In this document: piece by piece, positions 31,694 to 44,688 of the stretch
How positions within the stretch are numbered: the first letter of the stretch is position 1
Layout of the letters: each line of letters starts with the position of its first letter
Assembly (NCBI GenBank): GCA_946965045.2
Contig: OX337239.1
Location: 2,914,001-2,978,000, forward strand
Direction: 5' to 3'
Source: Epithemia pelagica
Taxonomy: Eukaryota > Protista > Bacillariophyta
Length of the DNA stretch: 64,000 bases
Made by a program: the position numbers and the translations under genes
Notes under the pieces: model-generated
The model's input: only the letters and a program-made list of their open reading frames with translations
Told to the model about the DNA's origin: nothing
The model's database searches: none

Positions 31694-33349
31694 ATGATTT
31701 CCGATTTGGGTATGGACATAGAGGTCATCCCAAAGAGAGAGAGAGAGAAACAAAACGAACCGACCATGTCCAATGTACAGACCATGTCCAAGGAAGGTGC
31801 CAAAATCGTTCCCCGCTTCAAACACAAATTGTGTCGAATGCTTTCGTGTGGTGTCCTGGTCTTGGTAATGGCTCATTTGGTTTATCTTTTCGATTTGCAT
31901 CGCCCAGAACACATGTTGTTGCCTCAAGAAGCCGTCTCTCAATCAGTTCATGGAAAGGAGAATGAGACAACAACTAGTACTAGCATCTTTGAGGAATCAA
32001 AGGAAAAATCAAAGGAAACTATTCTGATGCCGGATGAGGTGTTCCCTGTGGCTGTACATGCCGAAACACACTTCCTGAAATCCATTCCATCGACATTTCG
32101 TTTTCCATGGGTTGATCAAAACAATGCAACCTCGTACTTTCGAGAAACCGTCAATGAACCAAAAAAATACCTATGGGAATACAATCCAGCACTTGTGTAT
32201 CTTCCAGAGGATCAAGTCCCAGATATTGACCAGTTGCAGGATGCACGGATTCAAAAGGACTCACTGTATTTGGCTCTTTATCGTGTTTCGAATGTTCAAA
32301 GTTGTCTTACCACGGAGTTTTGTCTGGAGCACAATTTGACGTTTGGTTGGGGGAAAAGACATGTGGAGATGACAGCGTTTGCAATTCTGAATGCAGATTT
32401 CGAAATTTTAGCTGAAACAATTGTCGGTATTGGTCGAGATTATCGTTTGTACAACCTTCGAGGTCAACTTTATCTTAGCAAAGATACGTTGATATGGCCC
32501 ATTTGGATCAACAAGAAAGCCACACCACCCAATGTGAGAACCGCCACCCTGCGCTCGTCATTCTCCTCTGAACACTTCTCTGTGTACCGGGGCGTGAATG
32601 CTGCCTGTGTCCAATCTCAATTCCGAAAAGGAAAGAATTTCAATTACTTTGAAGACGCTTCTGGACGCGTCATGGCTCAGATCTATCCGATGGGCCCACG
32701 CATTGTGGAGAACGTCAATATCAGTGTTGTCTGCGGGCGCGAGACACTTCACCAAGAACCCCGTAACGAGAGTTCATCTGCGGCACAGCTGGAACAGGCA
32801 AGTCTATTCGAGACCCGTAGTTTGCCGAATGCTACATTCAAAAGCTATGACGAGACTTATTTCCCTAAATTTTCAAGATGGTATCCCTTCACTGAAGAAA
32901 GGGGAACAGCATGCTGTCTTTCCCTTCCGGACAAACGCAATGACGTAGGGAAATTTCCCTATTTACTTGTTGGAATCAGTCATACAAAAATTCCATTTTG
33001 GGTAAAGCTACGAAACGCTTCGTTCACAAGTCGACAGTATACGAATCGCCTCTATGCATTTGAACCTGTTCCACCCTATCGACTTGTCGCTCGGTCTGGG
33101 GGATTTTGCCTCGGTTTTCCCGATCACGATGAAGGCTTGGACAATCCCAATGTCTGGTTCCTCCGAAATAAGTCCTATTCGGTTGGACGTCCTCTCAATT
33201 GTCCCCATATTACGTTTGTCATGAGCATTATTGACGCAGTACATGACCCGTTCATGGCGATCATAACATATGGAATGAATGATTGCGCTTCCCGTATGAT
33301 GAAAGTCCGTAAAAGTGACTTGAGCCAACTTCTCTTTCCACCGCCCTAA
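31694..33349 (+). CDS. Host-like type II membrane protein with a probable five-bladed beta-propeller glycoside hydrolase/transferase domain (GH130/GT91-like)
   Basis: Intact 551-aa ORF with one hydrophobic helix (MLSCGVLVLVMAHLVYLF), then YNPA...LYR, DYRL, GKNF, YAFEPVPPYRLVARSGGF, ITFVMSI...YGMND motifs. The true start may be a downstream ATG. Confidence 0.6.
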   Translation: MISDLGMDIEVIPKREREKQNEPTMSNVQTMSKEGAKIVPRFKHKLCRMLSCGVLVLVMAHLVYLFDLHRPEHMLLPQEAVSQSVHGKENETTTSTSIFEESKEKSKETILMPDEVFPVAVHAETHFLKSIPSTFRFPWVDQNNATSYFRETVNEPKKYLWEYNPALVYLPEDQVPDIDQLQDARIQKDSLYLALYRVSNVQSCLTTEFCLEHNLTFGWGKRHVEMTAFAILNADFEILAETIVGIGRDYRLYNLRGQLYLSKDTLIWPIWINKKATPPNVRTATLRSSFSSEHFSVYRGVNAACVQSQFRKGKNFNYFEDASGRVMAQIYPMGPRIVENVNISVVCGRETLHQEPRNESSSAAQLEQASLFETRSLPNATFKSYDETYFPKFSRWYPFTEERGTACCLSLPDKRNDVGKFPYLLVGISHTKIPFWVKLRNASFTSRQYTNRLYAFEPVPPYRLVARSGGFCLGFPDHDEGLDNPNVWFLRNKSYSVGRPLNCPHITFVMSIIDAVHDPFMAIITYGMNDCASRMMKVRKSDLSQLLFPPP

Positions 33350-34253
33350 GTGGTGCAAACAAGACAACAAAGCACCAGAGCGATTATGAGCCAGAAGTAC
33401 AACTTACAATTGAGAAAAAAATGATTGATGTGTTGGGACACATGGTAGTTTTCACCTACTCCGATAACTACGAGTAGTACATACTCTACTCCCTTCATTT
33501 CAAGTCGTCCTATCTTCGTCAATTTCAATTTGTTTTGTTTCGTATAGCTTGCTTCTGGTAGAACATATTGTGTCTCGCAGAAGTATTGATGGCCACAGCG
33601 ACCATCCAGTACTAGTCTACGTATACTGGGTGGAAGCAGCGGTCTCTCCGTAGTCCTGTAGAAGAAAATAGGGGGAGCGAAAGGCCGGAGAGCGGGGGGG
33701 GGGAAGAAGGGGAGAAAAAAAAGGAAGAAGTTAGCAACCTAGATTCCAGATTCCATATCGAGGATAGGTGAGTCTCAATCCGTTCGTCATTCACGTGATT
33801 GTCACAGTTCGCGTAGTTTGCGCAATAGCACTGTCCTGAGGGGAAAAGGCGATCCCCTTCAACAAAGACATTGTTTTTGCTCTTATACTTAAAGGTTTTG
33901 GCCTTTAAGACAGAAAGCGATCTTGACAGCTAGGTCCGGGTGACTATGGATCCTACCCGTACCCGAGATCTTTTCAGATGTCGTTTGTGCTCATTGCTCA
34001 TTCTTGAAAATCAATCATACTAACTTGTTATTGCTATTCGTTCTCTTTTTATCTTCTTCAGGTTCTTCAGGATTTCAAATACTAAGTGTTGTGGTTTGTG
34101 GTGATTGTGGTCGTGCTGTTGGGTTCCTTGGAGGCTTTTGGTGGTGGTTCTCGGATTGCATCTTATTTTTCTGATTGGTTTTCTTTCTTGGTGTTTTGGT
34201 TGGTGCTCGTGTATTTGGATTATTTTTTGGTCGAACGTGACGGGCAAGAGTCA

Positions 34254-35612
34254 TCATGCGATGGTCGACCACGTCGTCCACTCATAAAGTACTGCATGTA
34301 CTTCCTGCAGCAATACTGGCGCTGTTGTCGTGGTGGTTCTCGTGCTGGTTGTGATTCTTGTTGTTATATACGAATAGAACCTCATAAGTCTATCTTTGAA
34401 GTTTCTGTTGATAGCACCATATAACATCTTCGAGCACAGGTCACCATTTGCATAGGTGACCATGAGGTCTTCAAATAGACTTGTAGCATCCTTGGTAATG
34501 TGTGCTGCACCTCTGGCATACTTGGGTTTGACAGGATATTCCATTGCTATGAAGGGTGGCATTTTCGACAATAGGTGACCATCGTTGGCTTGGATGCATG
34601 TTTGGCACGTCGAGCACTTGTAGTTCTGCACGAGGATTGCATAACTTGGGGGACCATCCATTCGGAAGAGAGGGAAAAGGCATTTGTTCTTCGAGAAATT
34701 ACTTCGGGTACGCTCAAGTTTTGTTTTGCACGTAGGACATTTTAGTAGGAGATCAGGGAAGAAGAGTTCCCAATCCACTACCAAGAGCTTCTGTCCAACA
34801 AACGAGTCATCCAAAGGGCACGTGTCCCCCCCCCCCCCCCCCCCCCCAAGGCAGGTACACAAAACTTGATACCAGAAAAGAAGCTCTTCAACTCCATCAC
34901 CTCACGCTTGTTACCAAGACACTTGTCCTGCACATAGGAAGCAAGAGCAAGCATGGTCTTGGGAGCCGTTGTTACGGTGAACTTACATGTGTTCACCCTA
35001 TGTAAAATTTCTCGTTTGAAATTTTTGACTGGCACGCTCGCAGTCACACTACCGTTGCTCTCCACATTTTGCTGTGTCGAAGTTGCAACGGGCATGCACC
35101 AATCTGGTATCGTTTCCTCACTTTGAATGAACGACTTTTGGGGCCTTGCACAGTTGTTCCTTGGTGCCATGAAGGCAGCCAAGTTGTCCTTTGTTGTGTA
35201 TTTGCCTGTGCCCTTCTCCTGGGCACTGAGAGGCGTGTTGATGGCTCTTCTCAAGGCAACAGTTGCCTTGTTTGCCCTGTAAGTCGTCGCTTGCCCGCCT
35301 CCTCCCCGCGTTTTTCTGTTCAAGTTGCAGCGTTTGTGATGTGATCTGTGGGGGATTTGACTGCCCATTGCCCTGGCCTTGCAAATAGGGCAGTCAAACC
35401 TTGCAAATAGGGCAGTCAAACCTTGATTCAAACAAGGTTTCCCCAGTCACTGTTTTTTGGTTGGAGCGTCTGTTTGATTGCTGGGGGTATCGCGAGTAGA
35501 GGTTTCCTCGTCTCTGCGATTGGGGCCCCATGGTCTCCTCCTCTCCACCACCAGTGGTTTCAAGGGGAGGCTCCTCCATTATGACTGTTTTGGTCCTCAC
35601 CTTGTCTCTCAC
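34254..35612 (-). pseudogene. Cys-rich transposon-associated protein fragment (DUF6729-like), frameshifted
   Basis: LKCPTC...YKCSTC...ANDGHLLSKMP...YPV pattern; frame break at the long C run 34826-34846; reading frame degrades near 34300. Confidence 0.4.
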
Positions 35613-36315
35613 AGTCGTTTGTTTGCAACGTTGTCACCTCCTGAGGGTATCTCTTTTTTCAGAAACGGAGACTTGTCTTTTCCATCTGAGGGGGTAATAA
35701 GGTACCCCCAATGCACCCCCCATTTGTACATAAAATGCACCCCAATTGTACATAAAATGCCCCCCAGTTCATACATATAATTTACCCCAATGGGCGCGTT
35801 AATTATCCGAAAGTTGGCACATTTTCATTTCATAATAGGGGTACATTGCCATCCATTTGATACCACCGGTATGTACATTTTCCATGAATGAAACCAGAAC
35901 ACAAATGGACATGAACAGTCAATGCTGAACATACCCAGGCACATCATGTTCACATTATACAAACAACAACATGAGCATTCCACCGTCATAGTATAAACCA
36001 CACATGGACATTCCCCTGACATGATATTAACAACACATGTGCTTTCACTTGGTCATTCTATTTTCAATTCATGGGCATCATCACTGCATACTAGGACTTG
36101 TCATACGGGCATTTTGGCAATCATGTTATACTTCATTCTGACATAAAACCTCTACCTAAATTGGCACTAATACTGTTTGCACTTGCACATCGTCATCCCC
36201 ATCCACAGACTCCTCATCTTCAGTCTCCTCACATAGATAAAACTTCCGCTTCCGTTGCACAGTACTACCACCCTTTCTTTTATTACCATAGTTCATCACT
36301 CTGCAATACTCTGTA

Positions 36316-38041
36316 TTGAGAAATCTTCAAAACTCATTGTCTACCTCTTTCTTCCTGTCTTCAACAACATCGTTTTGTAGTTGTTCATACCTGTTCAACC
36401 CTCTTGCATCCATCTTTCTGTTTCTACCCATTCTTCCGGAATATGTATATTTATCCACTTGCTCACTTACTAGTTCGTTCTCAATATCCATTTCACCATA
36501 CCAGACAGGGTCTAATGCCTTGATTGACCATTTCAACTGAAGGGTTGCCTCTGATGTCCACACATCCCAATTGTCCTCAAGAATTGTTAACATGAATGCC
36601 TCGTCGCTTGGTGTAATTTTCTTTGCTGCCTTCTTCCACCATCTCTTCTATTCATCTTCTGGTATATTTTCGTCTGATGGGTCGAAATCAAAAACTTCCG
36701 TCGTCACTGACTCTCCGCAGACAGCTGGAGCAAACACCAAGATCATGTATGCATAAGCTCTATTATTACAATCATCTCCTCTCATTTCCAACATCTCACC
36801 CAACGAAGGCATTTTACCATACTATCTTTGTAAAACCTCCTTATATCCTTCTTGACTTGGGCTATAGAAGATGAAGAGACGCAAGTAAGCCAAGAAGAAG
36901 AACACAATGGCAGTCTGATGGGGGTCGAGTCTTACCCTTAAAAGCTCTTGCGAATGTGGCAAGTACATTCGACCTTTTCACTCCCAAATATCTTTTCACG
37001 TGAGGAACATGTTCAACCCACCATGTCTCTTTCATATTTTTGTTAGTGAGACCGTTCCTTCGAAAATATTCCTTGAAGTAAGTCTTTGCAAGTTTGTACA
37101 ACCCTTTTTCATCTGGTATGTTATCCTTGTCACTCAATTATTTGCAAACCCTAAAACAAGTCCTGGTAGCAAACCATTTGAAGGAAGTTGTTTCAGAAAC
37201 TGGCATGTCACCAGATGCAGATGAGTCTTTTCTTACCTTTTGAGATTCTGATGTCGAATGTGTCACAGCTGTAAAATGGCTCCGATTGGAAAATCCACCT
37301 GTGGTAAAGGACATATCCGAAAGTGAAGAAACATCATGAGCGACATGTCCACCTGTTCCCATCATATCACCCACATGCATTAGCTGCCGATGGCTTCAAT
37401 GTCAACCTTTCTTCAAAGGAATTTCATTACAACTTACTAACCTCAGCGCCAACTGGTTGTGCTATATCAGACATACTCTGTTGATTTGTGTCTGTTGAGT
37501 ACATTAGAGGGACAAGTATGTGAATATGATCCATGTGACGATTGTCAAAAATGATAGATTACACACCATTGTCTCTGGTGGGGTTCCTTTGGGACATTGT
37601 TGTTGGCTGTGTTCTCAAACCTGTAGTGTCTGTTCTGTCTCTCATATCATCAGTCACCGTGGAGTCTCCTAACCTGTCATCTCTCATATTATCATTCATC
37701 GTGGAGTCTCCAAACAGAGGTCTGGATGGACTGTCATGTGAACCCTGCTCCACCAATCTATCAATATCTCCATATGCAGTTTCTTGTACGTTTCCAACAT
37801 TAGTACTTTGCCCAGATAATGAAAGACGATTGTTAGCCTGATTTCCGACTTGGTTTTCCTTATCTTGAGCCTGCCGTCTCTCCCGGTTCTGTTGGCGTTG
37901 CCTGGCCTCTCTCTCTTGTTTCTCTATATCTTTTTCGTGTCTGTCTCTGTATGCTGTGTTGCGGTCACTCATTGCCTTTTGACGGGCATTGCTTCCTCGA
38001 TCCACCTGTATGCGTCTACCGGTCGTTGCCATTTTGTCCAC
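36316..38041 (-). pseudogene. Multi-exon companion gene of a Plavaka/CACTA-related element
   Basis: ITPSDEAFMLTILEDNWDVW...KYTYSG...GLNRYEQLQNDVVEDR resembles the second gene of diatom Plavaka-type elements (recalled, not searched). GTAAG donor near 36935. Confidence 0.55.
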
Positions 38042-38299
38042 ACTTCTTTCAGTTTATGGGTAACCTGAGCACTGTTCCAAATCAATGTACTAGAAAGAAA
38101 CAACGAGTCCTGGTTCCAGGTTTCAAAACACATCGTCTCGTTTGGTGCTTCAGACTCGGTTGGTATCATGGTTTGAAATTCTTTTACTTGCTTTGGTTGG
38201 AATCGTTCTGTATTTATTTCAGTTTGAAATTTTGCCAACAGCCGAGAAATCAGGTTTCCCGTTATAGACCTGCACGCTTGCAACGTGTTTTCTTGTCAG

Positions 38300-40037
38300 A
38301 GTTAAAAAAAATCTCGACCGTTACTTCCCTATCTGAAATGAGGAAACCAGAACGCCAGATTATATTGGGTTTGGTCTCTGATCTCGATAGAAAATCATCC
38401 GCGGCAAAACATAAACAATCCAAAGGAGCACCCTGTCGCAATTATCATTCCCAACTAAGAGTCCTATTCCAAGCCCTTCATCGGATCCATGAGAAAGGAG
38501 GGTTATGGATGAGACTCCGTTTACACGGTCATGAACGTGTTGTCAAATTGATCTTACCCTTGATTGCCATTAAAGATGATGCCAAATCACAGGATAATTT
38601 GGTTGGTCGATATGCCTCAAACCATGCCAAGGTTGGTCGTCTTACATGGGCTTGTGATATTCTTCCCGTCGAAGCAAGTTATCCTTGGCAAGAATGTCAT
38701 TACTTACGAAGTGATAAAATACGAGAACTCAGTCTAACTGCAATGGGTTTGAATAATGATGGGGAACGGCTTGTCGAGTCAGAAAGCCATAACAATCGGG
38801 AGATTACAGTCAAGGTGAAAGAATCAGAAAAAATCTTGCAAGAAATAGGCCAATACAAGGTAGACAGTATATTGACTCAATTGTATATGGGTGAAGGCAT
38901 GAATAAAGAACATGGGATCACAACAGCCGCTTGTTGTGATGCAATGCATACTTTGAAAACAGGTGTGGTCAGGTATATCATGATGAACTTTTTCAATATG
39001 ATGACAAAAACAGAAAGGGCAATGTTCGATTACCTGTACAATTCAATTTTCCGCGCGAGTCGCCAAACACTGTTTTCATATTCCTCAACATATGGTTACC
39101 CCAAGACGATGTTTTCTGCTGGGATCAGTAATGTATCCAACATCACTGCAAATGAATGGGTTGGAATAATGTTTGTATCAGCAGCATTGTGTGTCACTAT
39201 CAGGGGACAGCTTATATATGCGGATACAATGAAAAAGAAATGGGAAAAAATGGTTGGTGAATGGAAGAATAGAGAGAGTAAACAATCAAAAAATGAAAGA
39301 GAACTAGTGGAACATACAAGAGGAGAGGAAAGTGATAATGAGAGTGCCGTGGATATAACCGGGGTTACACCGGATCCAGAAGAAGACAACAATAATACCG
39401 TCACATCAACGCACGTTACTGTAGATCCAACCTTTCAAGACGACCCAGAAGCATACAGATCCATTTGGGATGATGATGACAGAGAGCCTTACCTTGATAA
39501 CCTTTATTTGTACGAGACGATATTATGCTTTCACGGCTGGGTGCGTAAGGATGTTTTCTGGGAAAGCAATGCAACTTCAAAGAATGCGATGGAGACATCT
39601 TCCAAATCAGACAATTCCATAAAGATCATGATGGATGGGATACGTCGTTTGGCTCCCAGAGTTGATAAAAAAGGTCGTATTATGTCCAACGGATGGAAAA
39701 TTCCAAAGTATCACAATCTTACTCATATTCCAATGCAAATCACAAATTTTGGACCGCTAAAAGGGATTGACGTCGAATCAGAGGAAAGTAACCACAAAGA
39801 GATCGTGAAAAGGAATGCAAAGACTGTGCAGAAACGGAGTAATGGTGTTTTCACATGCCAACTTGGGAATACCATTTGGCTGATGCAGGCATTGGAAATA
39901 CTTCGGGTGGCTCTGGGAATTGATCAAGAGGAACTTCGTATCTTGAAAAATGGTCAGGTTCCAAGTGAGGTTCGCAAGAAAAAAACCCCTCCGAATATCT
40001 CCCAACATAGTGTGACACACGGACCAACCAGTACACG

Positions 40038-40099
<62 letters not shown>

Positions 40100-40933
40100 T
40101 TCAAGAAGGTGCCAAAAGTTAGTGCCGTCAAACAAAGTGGTTCCAATAGTAGCAGCAAAATCAGTGTTCCATCGAATATCAAACTACCACATGGAGCGGT
40201 TGTTTTTGAAGAAGGTTCCGGCAGCAACGAAACTTTGTCGCAAAATCTTCGTAATGAAGATCATACAGAAGATGCGAGTAATAAGAGAGATGTCATTGAA
40301 GTTGAGTATGTGGGTAAAACTTCTCTTGATATGAATTTCCCAGCATTCGCAAAAGAATTCTTGCAGAGACACTTAGAAAGTGTGAGAGCCCATCTGGAGA
40401 TAGAAGCCGAACTTGGTACCATACGGTCTCATCCAAATTATCAGAGTGATGGTCCGTGGAGGGATTGGGTCTTAGCAAAAGTTCCAAAGGAAGGTCGTTA
40501 ACCCTTTAGAAGCAATTATGAAATGACAAATTCCCTCTGCCAAGTCATTTGTTTCCTCTGTTTACCTGAGCCGAGCAACACACAAATTAACAGTTCAACG
40601 AGAAATCAGATAACACACGCCATGGTACGAACTTGTGCAATAGGGACAGCAACAGACAAAAAGAGATCATCTGTTCTCTTCCATCGATGGAGGAAGAAAT
40701 ATAATGGGAGAACAAAGATTGCAGACGTGGCAATCATACCAGTCATGTCGATTCTTAAACCAGTACCGGTGATTAATGAAAACCCAGAATTGATTCTCCA
40801 ACAAGACCAAGTTCCAGTGTATTTACATTCGGGATTGGAACAGGAATTACTGGATGAAGACTGCCGTAACTTAAGGTCCAAGAAGAAGAAGTGTAGTGAT
40901 GTTGTTTGGGAGGTCAAAGAATATAAAAAGTGA
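38300..40933 (+). pseudogene. Plavaka (CACTA/EnSpm-related) transposase, N-terminally incomplete
   Basis: RNYHSQLRVL...IK(D)DAKSQDNLVGRY...CD, DAMHTLKTG, YPKTMFSAG...TANEWVG, GWKIPKYHNLTH...FG...ESNHKEIVKRNAKTVQKR; C-terminal HPNY...WRDWV and IPVMSILKP. Broken by a (TA)n tract and frameshifts. Confidence 0.75.
40045..40097. repeat. (TA)n microsatellite, ~26 units
   Basis: Direct reading. Confidence 0.95.
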
Positions 40934-41311
40934 GCCATAGAATTCAATATGGAAGCAGCGTATAGTTTGGAAAGGAGATATAAAAAAGAAACCACCAAAA
41001 GAGGATTCATCTGTTGAAAACGACGATAATATGAATGAGGAAGATGATGATTCAGAATGTGATTGACCACCAATAGTTGGTGAGAGTCGTCTTTGGAGGA
41101 CTTCTCATTGAGAATGCGTGCGATTGACCAGCAAGGTTTGATCACAGTCGTCACTCGAGGTATTCCTCATTGTTTGGATCTCGGATTTATTGGTAGACCA
41201 ACATTTAGTGGGGTAATGTCCACCGATATACCCCACCTTGTTCTTCCATCATGAAAATACACCGATCTTTGCCACTGTCACAATCAAACCCAGCCATAAA
41301 ACAGAACCAAA

Positions 41312-42238
41312 GTGAAAAGGGATCTCTCCAAAATCTCAAACGGAAGCATGGATGAGTATCGTCGACCACTCGATATGAACGATCCAGAAGTAAGGGGGGA
41401 ACAGGAGGAACAAGATGGCAGAGCCAATGCATTGGTTTGGAGGATATATCGTCAAAGGTTCAATTCCCGTTGTGTCCCATGTGACCGTATAGCCCAAGTT
41501 GTATTAAGGGAGTACGAGGAGGAACGGGAGGAACGCGATGAGATTCATGATGCAATCCTTCATCAATTCAAAAAATTGGTCGATGAAATTCTATCGAAGA
41601 AAGAAAAACTTTGTCCCTTGTGTGTCATTCTTGGGCAGGTACGGTGTAAACTCGAGTGGCAGATATGACACCTCGTCCGGTCAATCTGCGTGAGCGATTG
41701 ATCTGGTCTCAAACCTACAACACATTATGTGCCCACTGTGGACGTCTCGAAATTCATCCAAGATCTTTTTGTGCATGCAAAACATGTTTCCGTCCATTAG
41801 TATCACACATAACAACATACTTTCTTTCTGAACATGATACTTGCGAAGCATGTGCGGGATCCGTCAATCGTTATTTTGTATGGCAATTTTGTGGTCTGAT
41901 CCGATACGCTCTCATCCGGGCTATGTGCCCATGGAGCGATTGTCGCAGTGTTGAACAAGAATTCTGGACTCGTGTTCCACAAGAGCTCTGTTTGAGTATT
42001 TTTTTTTACGGTGAACAATTTGTGGTGGAGACAATTGATTCGACGAGATATTTATTGGGATGAAGGGTATTGGGAACCAAATACGTTCGTCAACAACAAA
42101 AAACACTGGACTGTTTGGTTGCTCTCAAGTCCAATGAGAGAACCACTGAACATCAGTGGTTTCCGGAACTATATGTGGCTCTTCAATGTATGTTACTCTG
42201 TCTGTGTTTCGAGAAACTTTGAACAACGCCCTCCTTAG
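41312..42238 (+). pseudogene. Cys-rich Zn-binding-like protein, paralog A (frameshifted)
   Basis: LCPLCVILG...CAHC...CKTCFRP...CEAC...FVWQFCGLIR...WTVWLLS...FRNYM, spread over three ORFs. Confidence 0.6.
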
Positions 42239-42331
42239 GGGGAATGATGTTATTAGATGCTCATTCCATTTAATTCGAAGAACGGTATTGGGAAACAGAT
42301 ACGTTCAACAACATAAAACATATAATATATG

Positions 42332-43456
42332 TCAAGAATCATTATCGTCAGTGTTTCCATGTTCCATATCCACCGTCTCAGCCATTCGTTTGAGACAATT
42401 ACGGAAGCACCTGACGAAGAGTGGCATATAGTTCAGAAAACCACCCATACTCGACTGAGGAACCGAAAGTAACCATACTGCCCATGTTTTATCAGATGCT
42501 CGGGCGTTATTGTATGGGGAACAATCTCGATCATCAAAATAGAAACGTGAACTCAATTCATCATTCCATAGGCTGCGGACAATTCTAAACATTAGCCAGG
42601 TTGTTTCATGGGGAAAGTTTACTCCGTCGTATGATGATGTTCTTTGAAAGGTACGCGCCACAATATGGCGTATGAGCATACAGAATTTCCATACAAAGTG
42701 CTTGTTCTCGGATACCAAACAGACACAACATGAATCCAAATCGTGTTGTGGAACCGCATAAGGAAATGAGAGTTCGGGAACTCGGAAACATTCCCTACAA
42801 ACATGACAATGAAACGGTGGATGCCTGTGACGGTTGCATGAGTCACACCGCAACAAGAAATTCTGCTGCCAAATTACTGGATAATCGAGATATGCTGCAC
42901 GTGTTAACAGGATAGCATTTTCATGACCACATTGATGATGTGGTGTGGGACGACCGAGGATGACACAGTGCGGACAGAGCTTCTCACCTCTAAGCATCTC
43001 GTCCACCAACTGCTTGAATTGACTCTGGTTATCACGACCAACACGCAGCTCTTCTCTGAGCTCTCTTACGACTTGTGATACATCTTCCTCGTTATCAAAA
43101 TCAAAAGAGATGGTTCCAGCGTTCCTGTAACAAGGTCGATCATTCACCTCCAAGTTCCTGTTTTCAATCGCCCTCATTTCTCGCTGTCGTCTACGTAACC
43201 GCAAAACCCAATGTTCTTCCTCAGGTTCATCATCCGATTCGTCACCAGGCGGTTTACTCTCTGGATTGTCGGCCATTGTGCTTAAGGAATCGTTCTCACT
43301 GTTGCCCTGGAATTCAAATACCTGTCCTCGCTGCTTCCTCTTGGAAGTTACATGAAATCTTTTCCTTGGCTTTTGATTCGGTCGTGGCTTTCCCTTTAGT
43401 CGCATTTGTGTACATATAACGTGACACTTAGATGTAATACCGCATTTCAGTAGCAC
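42332..43456 (-). CDS. Cys-rich Zn-binding-like protein, paralog B (374 aa, intact)
   Basis: LCPHCVILG...HQC...CDSC...CRECFRVP...CCVC...FVWKFCMLIR...WAVWLLS...FLNYM. Confidence 0.65.
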   Translation of the reverse strand: MLLKCGITSKCHVICTQMRLKGKPRPNQKPRKRFHVTSKRKQRGQVFEFQGNSENDSLSTMADNPESKPPGDESDDEPEEEHWVLRLRRRQREMRAIENRNLEVNDRPCYRNAGTISFDFDNEEDVSQVVRELREELRVGRDNQSQFKQLVDEMLRGEKLCPHCVILGRPTPHHQCGHENAILLTRAAYLDYPVIWQQNFLLRCDSCNRHRHPPFHCHVCRECFRVPELSFPYAVPQHDLDSCCVCLVSENKHFVWKFCMLIRHIVARTFQRTSSYDGVNFPHETTWLMFRIVRSLWNDELSSRFYFDDRDCSPYNNARASDKTWAVWLLSVPQSSMGGFLNYMPLFVRCFRNCLKRMAETVDMEHGNTDDNDS

Positions 43457-43586
43457 ATTGATCTCACCGTGTTAACAACAAACAGGTTGTGTTATCAGCG
43501 ACCGCGTGACAGTCACACTCTGACAAAACACAAGTTGTATCTCGGCATACACACATCCATTGAAAGTAGGAGAACAAATCTGAACC

Positions 43587-44687
43587 ATGAAAATGAAGCA
43601 TTCAAACTTGATCGAGAATCCATACAAAGTCCAAAAACCTGTAAAAGGGAATCCTTACAAAACTTATAAAAGTGTCATTGCCCACCCATACAAACTACCA
43701 CGTCCAATTGGAATAGAAGATCAAGCCACACCAAAACAGTCTGAGACGACCAATATTGTATCAAAATCCGAGTCCAAAGACAACCAGCATGCAACGGAAT
43801 CTTTATTTGAGGAGAAAGAGGTCAATCGAAAACCTCAAGAGAAAGAGATCAATCGAAAACCGGCAGCGAACACCAATACAGGGGTTGTTCGAAAACAAGT
43901 GGTGAATCCATACTTGAAAAAAAACACTAAAATAGACGATCCAGCATCTCCCAGAAATGAATTGTTCAAGATTCAGTTCTTACCAGATTCACCAGAGGAG
44001 CAACCACGTCGAAATAGGACAAAGCTGCATGACCAAGTCATTGCCTTTACAAGAGTGGCGAATACAGTCTACGGATCCTTTGATCTCCAAACAGAGGCCC
44101 TATGTCCTTCCTGTATTTTGACAGATAGCCCGACCAGTAATTGGTTGATTACCCAAAAGTGTGTTCACAAATATGGATCAAATCCAAGATGCCGTGACAG
44201 TTGTTATGGGTGTGGTGTACACCTGAGTGGATGCTCTGGGTTTGGGAACGAACGCTATTGCCAGGCTGCTCTGTATGACGGTTCATGTGCAATACTCGAA
44301 ACTAGATCAGAGTCAATTCGTCGTGGTATCCCTATGATCTGCAAGTCTTGTCTCTGTCCATTGGATTCACATAACAGGTGTGTCAGTTTATGTAAGTGTT
44401 TCATGTCAGACAATAAGTATTTTGTCCGGTGTTTTTTGCCATTTGGCAAGAAGGGCCCTCCTTTTCGATAAATATAAACCCAAGTGTATTGGTGACGACA
44501 GTGTCCCCAGGGATACACAACTGAAGATTAAAAAGCAACACAACAGATGTGGAAGGATTTATATGTCCCCCTCTGTAAGACAACGATAATGGGCCCATTT
44601 GATCACATCGACGAGGCCGAAGAATGGTCGATTTGGCTTCTTACAATCTCATTTGGTGCGTATTACAATTACATGCCATTCGAGTAG
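43587..44687 (+). pseudogene. Cys-rich Zn-binding-like protein, paralog C
   Basis: LCPSCIL...HKY...CYGCGVH...CKSCLCP...FVRCF in ORF 43587..44471, plus a downstream broken segment EEWSIWLLTISFGAYYNYMPFE*. Confidence 0.5.
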
Positions 44688-44688
44688 G

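Noticed and set aside
34826-34846. Poly-Gly coding run / G-quadruplex from the long C homopolymer
   Set aside because: The homopolymer length is unreliable and coincides with a frameshift; no functional support.
40045-40097. (TA)n tract as a functional element or intron
   Set aside because: No clear splice signals identified; a simple microsatellite in a decayed transposase is sufficient.
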